Shown here: positions 38,945 to 51,692 of the stretch, one piece after another
How positions within the stretch are numbered: position 1 is the first letter of the stretch
How the letters are laid out: the number at the start of each line of letters is the position of its first letter
Origin: Vicugna vicugna
Lineage: Eukaryota
Direction of reading: 5' to 3'
Assembly: GCA_013265495.1 (NCBI GenBank)
Contig: MU058423.1
Location: 8,107,627-8,171,626, forward strand
Length of the DNA: 64,000 bases
Program-made: the position numbers and the translations under genes
The notes under the pieces: generated by a model
The model's input: only the letters and a program-made list of their open reading frames with translations
Databases searched by the model: none
Told to the model about the DNA's origin: nothing

Positions 38945-39770
38945 TGTGGAGAAAAAGGGACACTTCTACAATGTTGGTGGGAGAACAGTATGGAGGTTCC
39001 TTAAAAAACTAAAAATAGACTTACCATATGATCCAGAAATCTGACTTCTGGGCTTATATCTGGAAAAGAAAAAAATTCTAATTCAAAAAGATACATGCAC
39101 CCCAGTGTTCATAGCAGCACTATTTACAATAGCCAAAGCATGAAAGCAACCTAAATGTCCATTGACAGATGAATGGATAAAGAAGAAGTGGTATGTATAT
39201 ACAGTGGAATATTACTCAGCCATAAAAAAGAATGAAACAATGGCATTTGCAGGAATATGGATGAACCTAGAGATTATCATACTAAGTGAAGTAAATCAAA
39301 GAAAGACAATTATTGTATGTATCACTTATATGTGAAATCTTAAAAAATGATACAAAAGAACTTATCTAAAAACTCAAGCTAATCATCATGTTGCCTCCTC
39401 ACATAGTCTTTAGACTTGTTCATACTACATAACTGCAACTTTGTACCCTTTGACCAATATCTCCACTCTTCCCCCTCCCCCTGCCCCAGCCCAGCTCCTA
39501 TGTTCTACTCTGTTTCTACGAGTTGCAGTTATGTAATATGAACAAGCAGAAAGCCTAATACATGGCGTGATGACCATAATTAATAAACAGCAATGAACAC
39601 TGAAAATATGCTAAGAGAGTACATTTCAGCTGCTCTCATCACACACACACAGATTACTATATGAGGAGACAACATGACTAGCTTGACTGTAGCAATCATT
39701 TCACTATTATATATTGATATCAAATCATGATGTACACCTTAAATATACAGAATTTTTGTTTAAAAATATG
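38945..39770 (+). mobile_element. L1 (L1MA9-like) 3' portion with internal inversion/duplication
   Basis: gtggagaaaaagggacacttctacaatgttggtggg..aagatacatgcaccccagtgttcatagcagc..tgtacaccttaaatatac; 39374-39524 is inverted. Confidence 0.85.
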
Positions 39771-40489
39771 TGTTAAAGTTATTCTGTCCCAAGAGTCTGG
39801 AAAGAGTGTTGGATCCTTCTCAGGAGACCCATCAGCAATGCTCTGTGCTTCTCCTCTGATTTGCCACCTCTCTCATCATCACACAGAATCTTTATGTACC
39901 TGGATGTCAGAAAGAGCGCCTCTGACCCATGATGTAGTCTTCTGAATCTATCACGTAGGGCATAAATTCTGCCACTGATTTCAGAGCTAAGGCCTCTAAT
40001 GCTCAAATTCCAGATTCTTGCAACTCATAAGCCAAGAACTTCACTCTTATTGCAGAGCTATGCTCTAAAAACCTTCCCTGGAGCCAATGAATGACCTTGA
40101 GTAAACGGAAGAAGGTTAAAGGTTCACAAGGTAAGAAGAGATAGGGGGACATACATGTCAAAGCAGTTACTATATTTATTGGAATATGTTAAGATTGTAG
40201 TTATCACACTGTGTTCACAGAACCCTAAGAAATAATAATGATTCTATAAACATGAATTTTAAATGACCACATCATTTGCTCATATAAACAGTGTATGTAA
40301 TTTATTAATAGAAACAAACTATACTGCAATCTGCTTCTGTATCGTTAGGATGAACAGCCTCCAGCCACTGAGCCACTGAAACCTCAAGAAGCAAATTGTT
40401 GGAGCCTTGTCAAACCCTTTCTGAGAATCTCTGGAGCTGGTTAGAGACAGAGTTTTCCCTAGGGAGCCACTCAGCTGGGAGCAGGGAGG

Positions 40490-40800
40490 GTCGTGGAAAG
40501 GACACAGGGATGGTCACCAGACTGACTTGGGTTGCAATCCCAGCCACACTGTGTACTAGTTGTGAGAAAGCAAGAAAGTTACGCAATTTCTCAGAACTTG
40601 TGTCTCACGTTACTAAAAACAAACAAACAAAACAAAAAATGAAGAAGAAGGAGAATGAGAAGGAGAAGAAACAAAAACCCCCAGGAATAGAAATACCTGT
40701 TTCTCAAGGATACTTGAGACTCAATGACATTATATGTACAGTAGAACATAGCAAAGCACTGGACACAGAGCAAGGACTTAGTGAGTGTCAGCCACCTGTC
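40490..40800 (+). mobile_element. MIR SINE with A-rich expansion
   Basis: gacttgggttgcaatcccagcc..ctagttgtgag..aatacctgtttctcaagga; explains ORF 40396-40815. Confidence 0.7.
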
Positions 40801-42299
40801 CTTGTCTTTCTGTAACCAGTCTCCACACCTCAGAGAAAGCACAATTCCAGCTTATCCTGAACCACAGCTTGCACAGAAGGTACTCTAGTCACATCCATAC
40901 ATGCAGGGCTATGAAAAAGGTGTTCGTGTGTCTGTTTGATTCCCTTAAGCTTCTCCTCACCTGCCCTGCCTTGTAATCCAGCAGTACTTTACAAAGTTCG
41001 GGTTGGCCCTGACCCTAAAACAACTTACTTTTGCTTCTGACAGTCCATAACAGGAAACATGTTAACACAATATAATGGACAGGCTGGCAGCATGATGGAG
41101 ACTCTAGAACAAGACTTAAAACACTGCGGTTAGCCGTCAGTGATGCTACAGAGCGTGCCGTGCATAATAAATAGCTGTTTTATTAACTTGATGGAGCCAG
41201 CGGCAAATATAGAATGATAAGATGAAGCCATGGACCAGTCCCGGGAAAATGTGCCGCTGTGGGCCAAAGCATGTGTGCCGCTGACAATAATGCCAGAGAT
41301 CAATTCTGCCCAGCGCGTTTCTTTTTCAGGAAACCTCTGGGAGATGACAAAGCACAGGAGCCAGCCTGCTCTGCAGGGAAGACAACCAGTGTCCAGACTG
41401 AACTCTTCTGTCAGTTGGTAACAAATCTACTTTCCTCTGCACGGGATGCTACTAAATAGACATGTGACATGAATAAAAATAAATTAACGAAAGCCTATTT
41501 TTCATGTAAGATTAGCAAGAATATTTGAGGGTTTGTTTCATGGCTTTAATTCAAGCATATTCCCGCCTCATCTTTTTCTGAGACAGATCAATTTCTGTTT
41601 GTGACATTACCTATTCTAGGAGTATTTGTTCACGGCATGTGGAAAATGGGAATTGGTTAGCCAGCAAGCCAGAAAGAGCAGATGCTGTAAACCTCACAGG
41701 GCAGAAGTAAATGTGGGGGAAAATCAGAAAGTTCAAAACTCCTCACCTTCTGAGCAGCGAGGCATTTCCTAGAAGACAATAAAAAATGCATCATCTCTCC
41801 TGGTTTGAGAGTAGTAATCCCCTTACTACTGAGTTGTTAAGTACATGCAAATTTCTAATGCCTCTTGTAATATTATTTTGACCTTTCGTTTTCAAAACAC
41901 AGTACTTAGTGATTTCATTGTGTCCTCTATAGTGACTTTCTGGACTGTAAGGACGTCAGAGGATAACATACTGCTGAGATCATCAAATTACTGATTATGT
42001 GCCTCAGACTATGTCCAGCCAAATTAAAGTTAAGCATTTCACAGGAAAAAAAAGAAACCTAGGTATTTCCTGTCTTAAAATTCTTTAAGATAGTATTTTA
42101 AATCAATTTTTATTTCCCTGCATAATCCAAATAATTGCCACAATTTCCTATTTCACTTCACCAGTATTCACCCAACATTAGACATAACATTAGACAATAA
42201 TCCACCACAACCAGTTAAGGCTGGTTCTATATATAGTGACCTTACTTTCTGAACCAAAAACAGGACACGTGGCTACCAGCAGGGCAGAGTGCTTTACAT

Positions 42300-42830
42300 C
42301 CAGTCTGTACGCCTGAATCAGTCTCTCCTCCATCAAAGGGGTCCTCAAAACTGCCACTGGCACTCTCCTCCTAAAACTGAAGTCTGGTCAAGCCACTCCT
42401 GGGCTTTAAACCTTTTGAAATCTCTTCTTTTCCTATAGGCTACAATCTAAACTTTTTGGTCGGGCAAGCAAAGCTCCAAGCAGCCTGGTTCAAGCCATCT
42501 CTCTTACCATTTCACCGTCTATCCAGTCATTCTGAACGCAGCCTTTCCCAGATTCTTTGCACCTTTGTCCTTTCTCTGGAAATACTCTTCCCCACAACAC
42601 ACACACACACACGCACACACAAAAGCACAAGTGTGCAAGCACACGTATCCTTCAAGACAAAGTCAAATGTCCTCTATGCATATCTTTCCCAGATTCTCCC
42701 ATGCAATTAGTTGTACCTAATCAAACTCTCTGTGCTTCTATCAAAGCATTCACCACGTTTTATATGAATTTATCTATTTGTTTACTTAGGTCCTCTCCTA
42801 AGCTGGAGTTCACTATAGTTTTAAACAAAC
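42300..42830 (+). mobile_element. L2 fragment
   Basis: cctaaaactgaagtctggtcaagccactcc..ctggaaatactcttccc..ccttcaagacaaagtcaaatgtc. Confidence 0.65.
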
Positions 42831-45800
42831 TGTATCAGGGGATAACTCCAGACTGTACCTGTCTTCTGGTTGCTGGAGCTTGTCTTCTCTCCACTGTCAT
42901 TGGGTGTATCCTATTCTGGTCAAGACAACCACTTGGGGGAGATGTTGTCAAGATGGTACCAGCAGTGTGTGGGTGAGGGGACAGGCTAGGGACCTTCAAT
43001 AACTCCCGGCGTGTTCAGATCTGTAATAACTCTTCCAAACCTAAGGTGATGAGTGCAACAACAGGATTAACCCACATCAAAACAGTCCAGTTGTTTCATC
43101 CAACACCCCAGCTGTAAAACCAGGGCTTCCATCAAGTGAATCACTGTGTAAAAAGGCAGGTTAAAACCCCACAGTACATATAGCTTGGGTTGAGTAGCTG
43201 TGACCTTTCTATCCTAGAAAGCTAATTGAAGGACTATCACTCCCACTTTTGTTGGTTACTAAAGAAGTTTAAGGGGTGCACCTATTGGAGAAGTGTGAGA
43301 AGTTAAGAGAGGGTTAAGTTGGAAAAGCTGCTAATTCCAAAGAAGAGGCATAATGACAACAACAACAAAGGTTTTCTTCCCCTGACACAGACGTTCTTTT
43401 TGAACACAAATACAAACTCTAGACAAAATGCTTTGGCCCAAGTAATCAGACTCCTGCTGACAATCAGAGTCAGTGGCGGACTGATGTCAAGCCAAAGGAC
43501 ACGCAGTGGGAGCCTTTTATGTCAAGTGCCAGGGCTAATCAGACAGGACAACTGCACCACGCCACATCCAGTTCTGGGGTCTGTATTTCAGCTGCAGAGG
43601 ATGATAACAATAATGTGTCACATCTTCAGTCTTGATCCAAGACAGAGAGCAAAACACTTTTAAAAGAATTCCTGAAGAATGGAAGGGGATTTGGTCTCAC
43701 TTACCTCTTGGTTAACACTTAAAAAAAAGAGAACGAGAGCTACCTTCAACAAGCACATCTTTCTCATTTCTCAATTTTTATCCACCTGATTTGCAAGTTA
43801 TTTTTTCCTTTCTCCTCCTGGCAGTAAAACAATGAAAACCTAAGCCTCCCCTGGTGAGTGTCCAGTGTGATGCAATACAGAGCCAGCTTTCGTTCCCAGA
43901 GCCTAAGCCCTGCGCGGGCTTGGGAACCCCACGTGCGCGCTCCAACGTCCTTGACCAGCTGGAACTTGGGGAAGGGGCCTTCAGTTGACACAAGCTGTTT
44001 TCAGTCTCATCTGGAGTCTGAGCCCAGTTCCGTCTACAGTGTCCCTCCTCACACGCTGGGGATACGGATTCCACTTGGTTCTAAGTCCCAGTTTCCCACA
44101 ACTGTAATGACTTGAGCCAGAATCCTGTCCCACGTCTCTCTCTCCTCGGGAGCTTCCGTACCACAGCAGGGATGCTGGCATGGCTTTTCCAGAAGCAAAC
44201 ATCTCAACCAAACTGAGCTCATCAAAAAAGGTGTAGCCAAGAGGTAACCAGAAAAGATGTTTCTAGGAGAAGGGAGGTATCAAAAAACATTGATCACAGC
44301 ACCTGATGAACAGTGTTCACCATCCCCAGTCAAAATTATCAGAGTAACAAGGCCCCTACAAAGCTGCTCTTTCCTTATCAGTGTGTTTGAAGAAAATAAC
44401 AGCCTTGATCCTGAGGTGTTCATTGAGCTCTGGAACTCAGTTCATCGGAAGTGCCACAATTTATGTTTCCTAACTGCCTTTTTCTGGAATCATTCAAAGT
44501 CGTCTAGTGATTATAAATGAACCAAATGGAAGTTATTCCGAGTTACCAATGTTACCCAGGCTGAATTATTTTAATGCCAGGTATGTTCATAATAGCTTTT
44601 CAGAAGTGTAAATATGGTGAGCTCAGAGAGCAAGTTTAAGCAAATCCTTCATCAAATAAACAACCGGGTTTGGGGCCCATTTATCTGCTGAGACAATAGA
44701 AACCCAAGCGACATATACAGAGAAAGCAGCAGAGGCCATTTGAATCTCATACCCGGCCTGTTTCACTCCCTTCTCACAATTACTATTCTGCTTGCCTTTA
44801 TCCTAGTGCTAAAAGCCAGAATAAACCCTCAAAATCAGATATTAAGGCCCAAGATTACTTATAGCCGCCCAACTTCTTATGACATGGTTACATTAGATTT
44901 GATCCAGCTCTGCATGACTAGGAGAAGGAAGCCTGAAGCATCTTATTCAATCTACTTCTCCAGTATCTGGAGTGCTTTGCAGAAATTCAACATGTGTGTA
45001 ATTTCTCTTTGGTGGGAAAAAAAAAAAAAAGAAACAAAGATAGATGGCATCACCTGCAAAGCAAAAGGAGTGAGGGCCCAAGCTTGTGGAGGCAGTTTAA
45101 TCACCTGCAAGCAGCTTATCATTCAGCATAATAACACAGGGCCTTAAAAAGCCTGCTCTGACACTCTCATTTGTCCTGTGATAGAGTGCTCACTGCATGG
45201 GAATTTAATATCCCCAATGCAATCAAACTTTGCTGTGCACAGAATGCGCCTGCCATCTGTAAGCTGGAAGTCAGAGTGCAACCCCCTGACCAGGACAGGG
45301 CCCGTCTGTGCCTGTCCCATGGGAAGGTTCTCAACCCCACTTAGCACCTCAGGCTCACTTTTGGACACCCAGGCCCCACCTCAGGATGCAAGAGACCCGG
45401 GCTTAGGCACTTTTTCCCAAAGCTATACAGTGATTCTGTCAGAGCTGTGTTGAGAATCACAAGGATGCAATGCTGACCTTTCAGCATCATTGTTGGTGCA
45501 TTCATGGTGCATCGTTTTGAAATTCGGTCCATGGACTGGGTGTACACTGCCTTCTAGAAAATGAAGGCAGCTTCTTTTGTGGAAAGTACACAACAGTTTT
45601 CCCTGTGGGGGATGAGCCCCCAGGAAGTTCTCTGATGGGATGTAAATCTCCCTTTTCAGAGAAACAAGCCAATCTCCTGGCTGTTTTGCTGCTAATTAGC
45701 CTGGGACACAATCTCTCGTTCCAGGCAAAGTAGGTATTATTATCATCATTTTATAAATAAAGAAATGGAAAACCTGAGAGGTAGAGTGACTTGCCTACTT

Positions 45801-45980
45801 TCATAACCACAGACTAAAAGGTGGCTGGTTCAAAGCAAGGATTAAGATTTTCTCCCTCTAAGCTTTCTTCTGATTTTAAAATGTATTTTCTATTGTGTTA
45901 TGCTCACATGTGAATAAAATCTCAGGGTTAAGGAAGCAGGATGTCCTCTTTTAAAAAAGAAAAAACAGTTTATTTTAGAA

Positions 45981-46137
45981 AAGTGGTTCTCAGTGTGGTT
46001 TCTGAATGAGAAGCTTGAGAATCACTCTGGGACTTGTTAGAAATGCAAATTCTCAGCCCTTACCCTGGACCCAGAAAATCAGGACCTCTGTGTGTGGGCC
46101 AGCCCTCCAGGCAATTCTGAAAATTTAAGAACCACTG
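45981..46137. mobile_element. MER5A hAT-Charlie MITE
   Basis: agtggttctc..cttgttagaaatgcaaattctcagccc..aagaaccactg terminal inverted repeats. Confidence 0.85.
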
Positions 46138-46499
46138 TTTTAGACAAAAGTCAAACTATAAACCTTTCCCCAGAATCTTGTTCAAGTAGAACCCCATAAA
46201 AATATTTTTGTTTAGACAACTCAGAGGTGAAGTCAGAGAGAAGTAATAGTTTTTGGAGATGTAAACCAGCTTGATGGCCAGAGGGGAAGTGTTCTTGGCT
46301 GGAAAATAACCACTGGACAGTTGTGGGAAATATTCCTCAAATATTGTTCTCTCTTGAGGAGAGGAGGCACTTAAGTAAAAGTTAAAGCTGGCAGGCAGAA
46401 ACAACTTAAAGAAAATATGTTGAATAAATAAAGATAATTCTCCAGCAAGGAAGGTACCGAGGCTTCATTATGTCCTCAAACTAGCAAAACGTATGAAAA

Positions 46500-46910
46500 A
46501 AAATACCCTTAGTAGAGAAACGGACAGGTTTACCAAACCTGTTTCCCTTTTCACTGCGTAAACAGCCCAGCCTCCCTGGCAGTACAGTGTGGCCCCAGGA
46601 CTGAGTTCTGACCCCAGAATGTTAGAGGAAGGAGTGAATGCAACTTCCAGCCCAGCCTGTTAAAAAAAACTCCTCCATTATAATGCTCACTTTTCTCTCC
46701 TCACACCGGCCAGCTAGAAGCAGAGGGTTCAGCAGAGGCCTCTGTGGCTTTAAGGGACAGTGGATCCACAAGATAGAGGGACCTTGAGTTCATAAATCAC
46801 CCTAGGGAAGGTCACCTACCACACACCTACACAAAAACACTAGGTGAATGAGACTGAAATTCCACTGGGCTAAGCTAATGAAGTTTGAGGGTGTTACAGG
46901 CAGCACCTAC
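46500..46910 (+). mobile_element. Old MaLR LTR (MLT1H/J-like)
   Basis: cccagcctccctggcagt..gactgagttctg..ctgggctaagctaatgaagtttgagggtgttacaggcagc. Confidence 0.65.
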
Positions 46911-47398
46911 CATGTATCATTTAAGTCTTTGCTAGAGTGATTAAAATAAATGCATATTTAGTCAAAGCAGCAATGTTTCGTACCAAGTTCTGAAGCCTAC
47001 ATCTCAGAAGATGTCTATAGAGCAGTGGTTACGGAAGTCCCTAGAGATAGAAGTTAAAGCGTGCCCCAGAAGGTCAGCCGTGCACCCCTGCCGCTGGTTT
47101 TCTCGGTGAGCCCTCCCGGACAGCACAGGGGCCCTCTGCTCCTCTTTACCAGAATGTCCCTTCTGGAATTTGCTGTTATATCCACACAATGCTTTCAAGA
47201 TGGAAAGGTGATCTATTTGGGGTCTGTGTTTTAAGTCTAACACTAATAACTGACCACGAGCATCGTGATGTATATGTTTTTGGAAATCTCCACTCCTCTC
47301 CTCAGTCCCTTCCCTTAATGCCCTGTATCTATTTCCCTTGAAGACGTCACTTCTCTCATTCAACATTCATTCATTGATTTAAAAATTATTTGTTTAAA

Positions 47399-48000
47399 GA
47401 TGAAAACTCTAATTCAAAGAGACACAAGCATCTGCATGTTCATAGCAGCACTGTTTACAATCACCAAAACATGGAAGCAACTTCAGTGCCCAACAACAGA
47501 TAAGTGGATAAAGATGATGTGGTATATATGTGCAATGCAATATTACTCAGCTATAAATAAGAATGAAATACTGTCATGTGCAACAACGTGAATGGACCTA
47601 GAGAACACCATACGTGAAGTAAATCAGACAAAGAAAAATATTATATAATACAACTTGTATGTGGAATCTAAAAAATAATGCAAATGAATTTATTTACAAA
47701 ACAGAAACAGACTCAGAGACAGAAAACAAACTTACGGTTACCAAAAGGAAAGGGGGATGGGGCAGGGTTAAATTAGAAGTGTCAGATTAACAGATACACA
47801 CCACTGTCTATAAAACAGATAAACAACAAAGATTTGTTGTGTAGCACAGGGAACTATATTCAATATTATGTAATAATCTATAGTGGAAAATAACCTGAGA
47901 CATATATATATATAATATAACTGAATCACCTTATGTACACCTGAAACTAACACAATATTGTAAATCAACTAGACAGCAATAAAAAATTTAAAAATAACAA
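47399..48000 (+). mobile_element. Cetartiodactyl-type L1 3' portion inserted in L2
   Basis: aaaactctaattcaaagagacac..tgtacacctgaaactaacacaatattgtaaatcaacta; degenerate TSD aaaattatttgtttaaa / aaagttatttgttcaaa; ORF 47400-47591 is the L1 ORF2 C-terminal remnant. Confidence 0.9.
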
Positions 48001-48099
48001 AAAGTTATTTGTTCAAAAGCAACCTTCCATAGGCCAACGCTATTAAGTTGCTCTGGGTACAGCAATAAACGTAAGAAGTTTTCATGACAATGGGAGAAA

Positions 48100-49360
48100 T
48101 AGACAAGTCCTTTTTTCAGTTTCTGTGCAGCTTCTGACATGGATGAGTCTTCCCTTGGCCTCCATCAGGCAACTCTCTCCTGGTTTCTCTCTATTCTCTT
48201 GCACTTCCTCCTCACTCTGCTTTGCACAACCATCCTTTATCCAATAATTAAGTGATATTAAATAATAAAATTTCCTCAAGTCTCTGTCTTAGCCTTTCTC
48301 TCTTTCAAGTTTCAGACTATTATATTCATATCAGCAACTTCTGTTTTCACCTGTTTACACATGACTCACAAATCTGTGAATATTTCTCAGGTACAGACCT
48401 TTCTTTGGAGTTCCAGATCGACATAACCAATTACCTACTAAGCATGTCTACTTGGATGCCTCAAAGACACTTCAAACACAACATGAGGCAAAATTGAATT
48501 GTTTCCAGCCTCATCCTCACACCCCACCTCCATGGTTTTCTTGCAGTGACCATTGTCAGTGAATTACCCAAGCTTCCATTCTGATAAGCAAGCCAGAAAT
48601 GTAAGAATCATCCTTGACACCTCCCTCTCTCTCAGCCCTGCATCTAATCCAAAACCACGTCTTACTGCTTTGACTTCCAGAGTATCTCCTGAATCTGTAG
48701 TGCTCCATCTCCTCGACGGTATCCCAGTCCAAGCTGCCCGTATTTCTTGCTGGACTGATGGCAGCACTTTTCCCATGTGAGCCACCGCTAAAGTTGTCAG
48801 TGCAGACTGAAGTTTTCCAAGTTGCAAATCTGATCACATTATTCTATCGCTACTCAAAACTCATCAGAGGCTCTCCATCAATCCTTTAGATACAGATCTT
48901 AATATTGCTCGCAAGATCCTGCCTTGGCCTGGGTTCCATCTGCCTGCCCAGCCTCGTCTCAAAGCCATCCCTCCGCTTTTCCTCTGGAAGCCAACCACAC
49001 TGGCTTTTTCCTTGAATGGGTATCTTCCCTCCAGCCATGGAGCCTGGAACCTACACATTCCTTGGTCTCAATTTCCCCACTTGTCTCGTCTCCCTTTCAC
49101 GTCTTTTAGATTTTATAACCTTGTCGCCCTTTCTCGGGGAATCCTAGCACGACCTCCGTTTCATGGCTAATCGCCCCATGACCGAGTCCCCTCAGTCCTC
49201 CTGGAATGGCTCCGTCTCCACACGAACGATAGTGGCAAATTTGCAATAAACCGTGGGATTCTTGGATGAACGTCTGTTGCCCTCACTAAGCTACAAGCAG
49301 CCCTGTGAAACCAGGAGCCACGTCGACTTCCGTCCCACCATTGCGTCCTAAGTCTCTCAC
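48100..49360 (+). mobile_element. L2 LINE (long fragment)
   Basis: gactcacaaatct..cagacctttctttggagttccaga..tctacttggatgcctc..aatcatccttgacacctccctctc. Confidence 0.85.
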
Positions 49361-49364
49361 ACCC

Positions 49365-49730
49365 TTAACAAATATTTATGCGTCAGGAAATATCCTAAGT
49401 ACTGAGGACACAGTGCTAACAAGACAGAGATGTTTCCATCTGTTGTGGTGCATACACTGTAGGAACAGGAGTCAGACAAAGACAAACACATTTTTTAAAG
49501 TAAGAAAAATAACAGATGCTAATAAGTGTTCCACAGAGAATTAACATAGGATGATATGACAGACAGAATATGACTAGATGTTTGTTTCAGATTGAAAGAG
49601 TGGTGAAATCTATCATTTTAGCTGAGATTTTGAACAACAAGATGAAACCAGTCATGTGAACACTGACGAGAAGGCGTTCCAGGCAGAGGGACTAATGACT
49701 GCAAGGGCTTGTAAGTTGGGAGCCAACACT
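49365..49730 (-). mobile_element. L2 3' portion, opposite orientation
   Basis: aacaaatatttatg..actgaggacacagtgctaacaagacaga..ttccaggcagaggg. Confidence 0.75.
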
Positions 49731-51106
49731 GGGCACCACGCCAGGCTCATCATGAAGGTTCAGTAAATATTCATTGACTGTCGTCAGGGAAGCAGGGCGC
49801 ATTGAAGGCCCCTGACCCAGGCTTCTCCTCTTGGGCTGTGAGCGATGGAAGGGACAAAGGAGGAAGGGGCAGGCGACGTTAACGGTTTCTGCTGTAGTTG
49901 CTGTTGACTGATAGATCCTCAGGGCTGCTTTCCAGGGAAGTGAGGTGTGACATTGATTTTTGTAATTTCTCTTGTGAGACAGAGATGACTGGTCTTACTG
50001 ACAAGAGTGATTCAGTAACTTGCACCCAGTAAGACTCTAGACAGGCTGAAGGAAAAGCTGCATTTTCTGTAACTATTACGATGGTGCTCAAATTATATTA
50101 CAGCTGGCTCCAAGAACTGGCTTTGAACTCAGCCCGGGATAGTTAAAACTATTTTCCTGAATCAAAGTTCTCCTTTCAAAGTTAAGTGTGTAAACAAATT
50201 CATAATATCTGGAGGATATTTGAATGCAAAATATATTTTTTAAGTCTAGAATCATCTCATGTCTCCCCCGCCTTTGGGCATTCTCTCAAATCGCCGCTGT
50301 CCTTGGTTACCTTTCTTCTCCTCTAACTCTGGAGTAACAGTAACACCATACACATTGAATGATGAATAAGACATGTTCTTCCCCAGGCAGAAAATGGGAT
50401 CAAAGCAAAGTGTGTTACTCAGACCATCAGCCTTTTTCAAAAGCAAATGCTCCTTCCCAGGTTGAACTAAAATATTTAAGGTTTAAAGAAAATACGGTCT
50501 GAAAGTCCATTACATAAATAAATTGTTCTATTGAATACGAGTTTTAAAATGATCAGGCTTCAGATTTTTTCTAAATGTGTGTGTGTGTGTGTGTATAAGA
50601 AAGAGACAGACTTCAGAGATTTTCTAAATAAAACTGTTTAAATGAAAGAGCCGGTGTGCCTTTCTTCTTGAAAGATGACTTTCGACAACAGAACTTGAAG
50701 ACGCTTCAGTTACTCCAGATCATCATCATTAATGAACTAATAATCAACCTTCTGTTAAGCAAGTCAGCGTATTCAGTGGCAGTTCCTTTGGGAAAGTTAC
50801 TTCTTCTCCCTGCCCTTCAGCATCCTGGTCAGCAAGGTGGTGATAACACGACCTCCCTCACATTTGGATAATGTCAACAGCACCTAATACATCTAACACA
50901 CACAGGAGAAGGTGTAAAGGTGAAGATAACAATCTCTATTAGCATAATGTCTTCCTACGAGGACAGTAAGACTTCACTTGGAGAAAAGCAACCGGGAACA
51001 CCTCTGGGTGAAGTGCACATCCCACAGGGCACTGACATCACCCTCCAGTTTTCCGAGAATGCAGCCTACATAGTTGACGGTCAGAATCCCCTGGGGAGTG
51101 TTTTTA

Positions 51107-51180
51107 TTTTATTTTTTTTTACTGAAGTGCAGTCAGTTACAAAGTGTCAGTTTCTGATGTCCAGCACCATGTCCCAACCA
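51107..51180 (-). mobile_element. 74-bp camelid L1 3' tip inserted in a MER5-like element
   Basis: Poly-T then actgaagtgcagtcagttacaaagtgtcagtttctgatgtccagca; perfect 15-bp TSD tggggagtgttttta at 51092-51106 and 51181-51195. Confidence 0.9.
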
Positions 51181-51666
51181 TGGGGAGTGTTTTTAAAAGG
51201 ACAGATTCGCCAGGGAATCCGACAGTCAGCCAGGTTTGAGACCAGGGACTGGGAGAAAGTATTACAACAGCTAATGCTCTCGAGTGTCTTTCACACGTTA
51301 CCCCTTAGAAAGCTCATGACAACTCCTGCTGTATTGAAAGGAGAACAGAATTTGGAGTTAAAAGGACCAGACTTATAGTTCCCACCTTGTCACTTTACAG
51401 TTGCACAAAGAACTTAACTTCCGTAATCCTCACTTTCTTCACCTGCAAGATGGAAATAAAACGTAGCTACCTCAGCCCTGCATGTCTACCAGGACTTTCA
51501 TAAATGCTAAAGTGTCTGCATATATAAAGCATAATTATTAAAAATGAGAAATGGCGTCTTTGTTGGGAGAAGTTATGTGTCCTGAGTGTCTTATTAAAGA
51601 GTAAAGCTAAATAAAAAGCTAGGATTCTAAAAGAAGACGTCTATGGGTCTATGTGTCTGTAAGGGG

Positions 51667-51692
51667 GTGTGTGTGTGTGTGTGTGTGTGTGT
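51667..51692. repeat. (GT)n microsatellite
   Basis: 13 GT units; a shorter (TG)n lies at ~50576-50594. Confidence 0.95.

Noticed and set aside
40056..40130. Plus-strand 75-nt segment with good acceptor and donor
   Set aside because: Stops in all three frames and no partner exons; shows how readily such pairs occur by chance.
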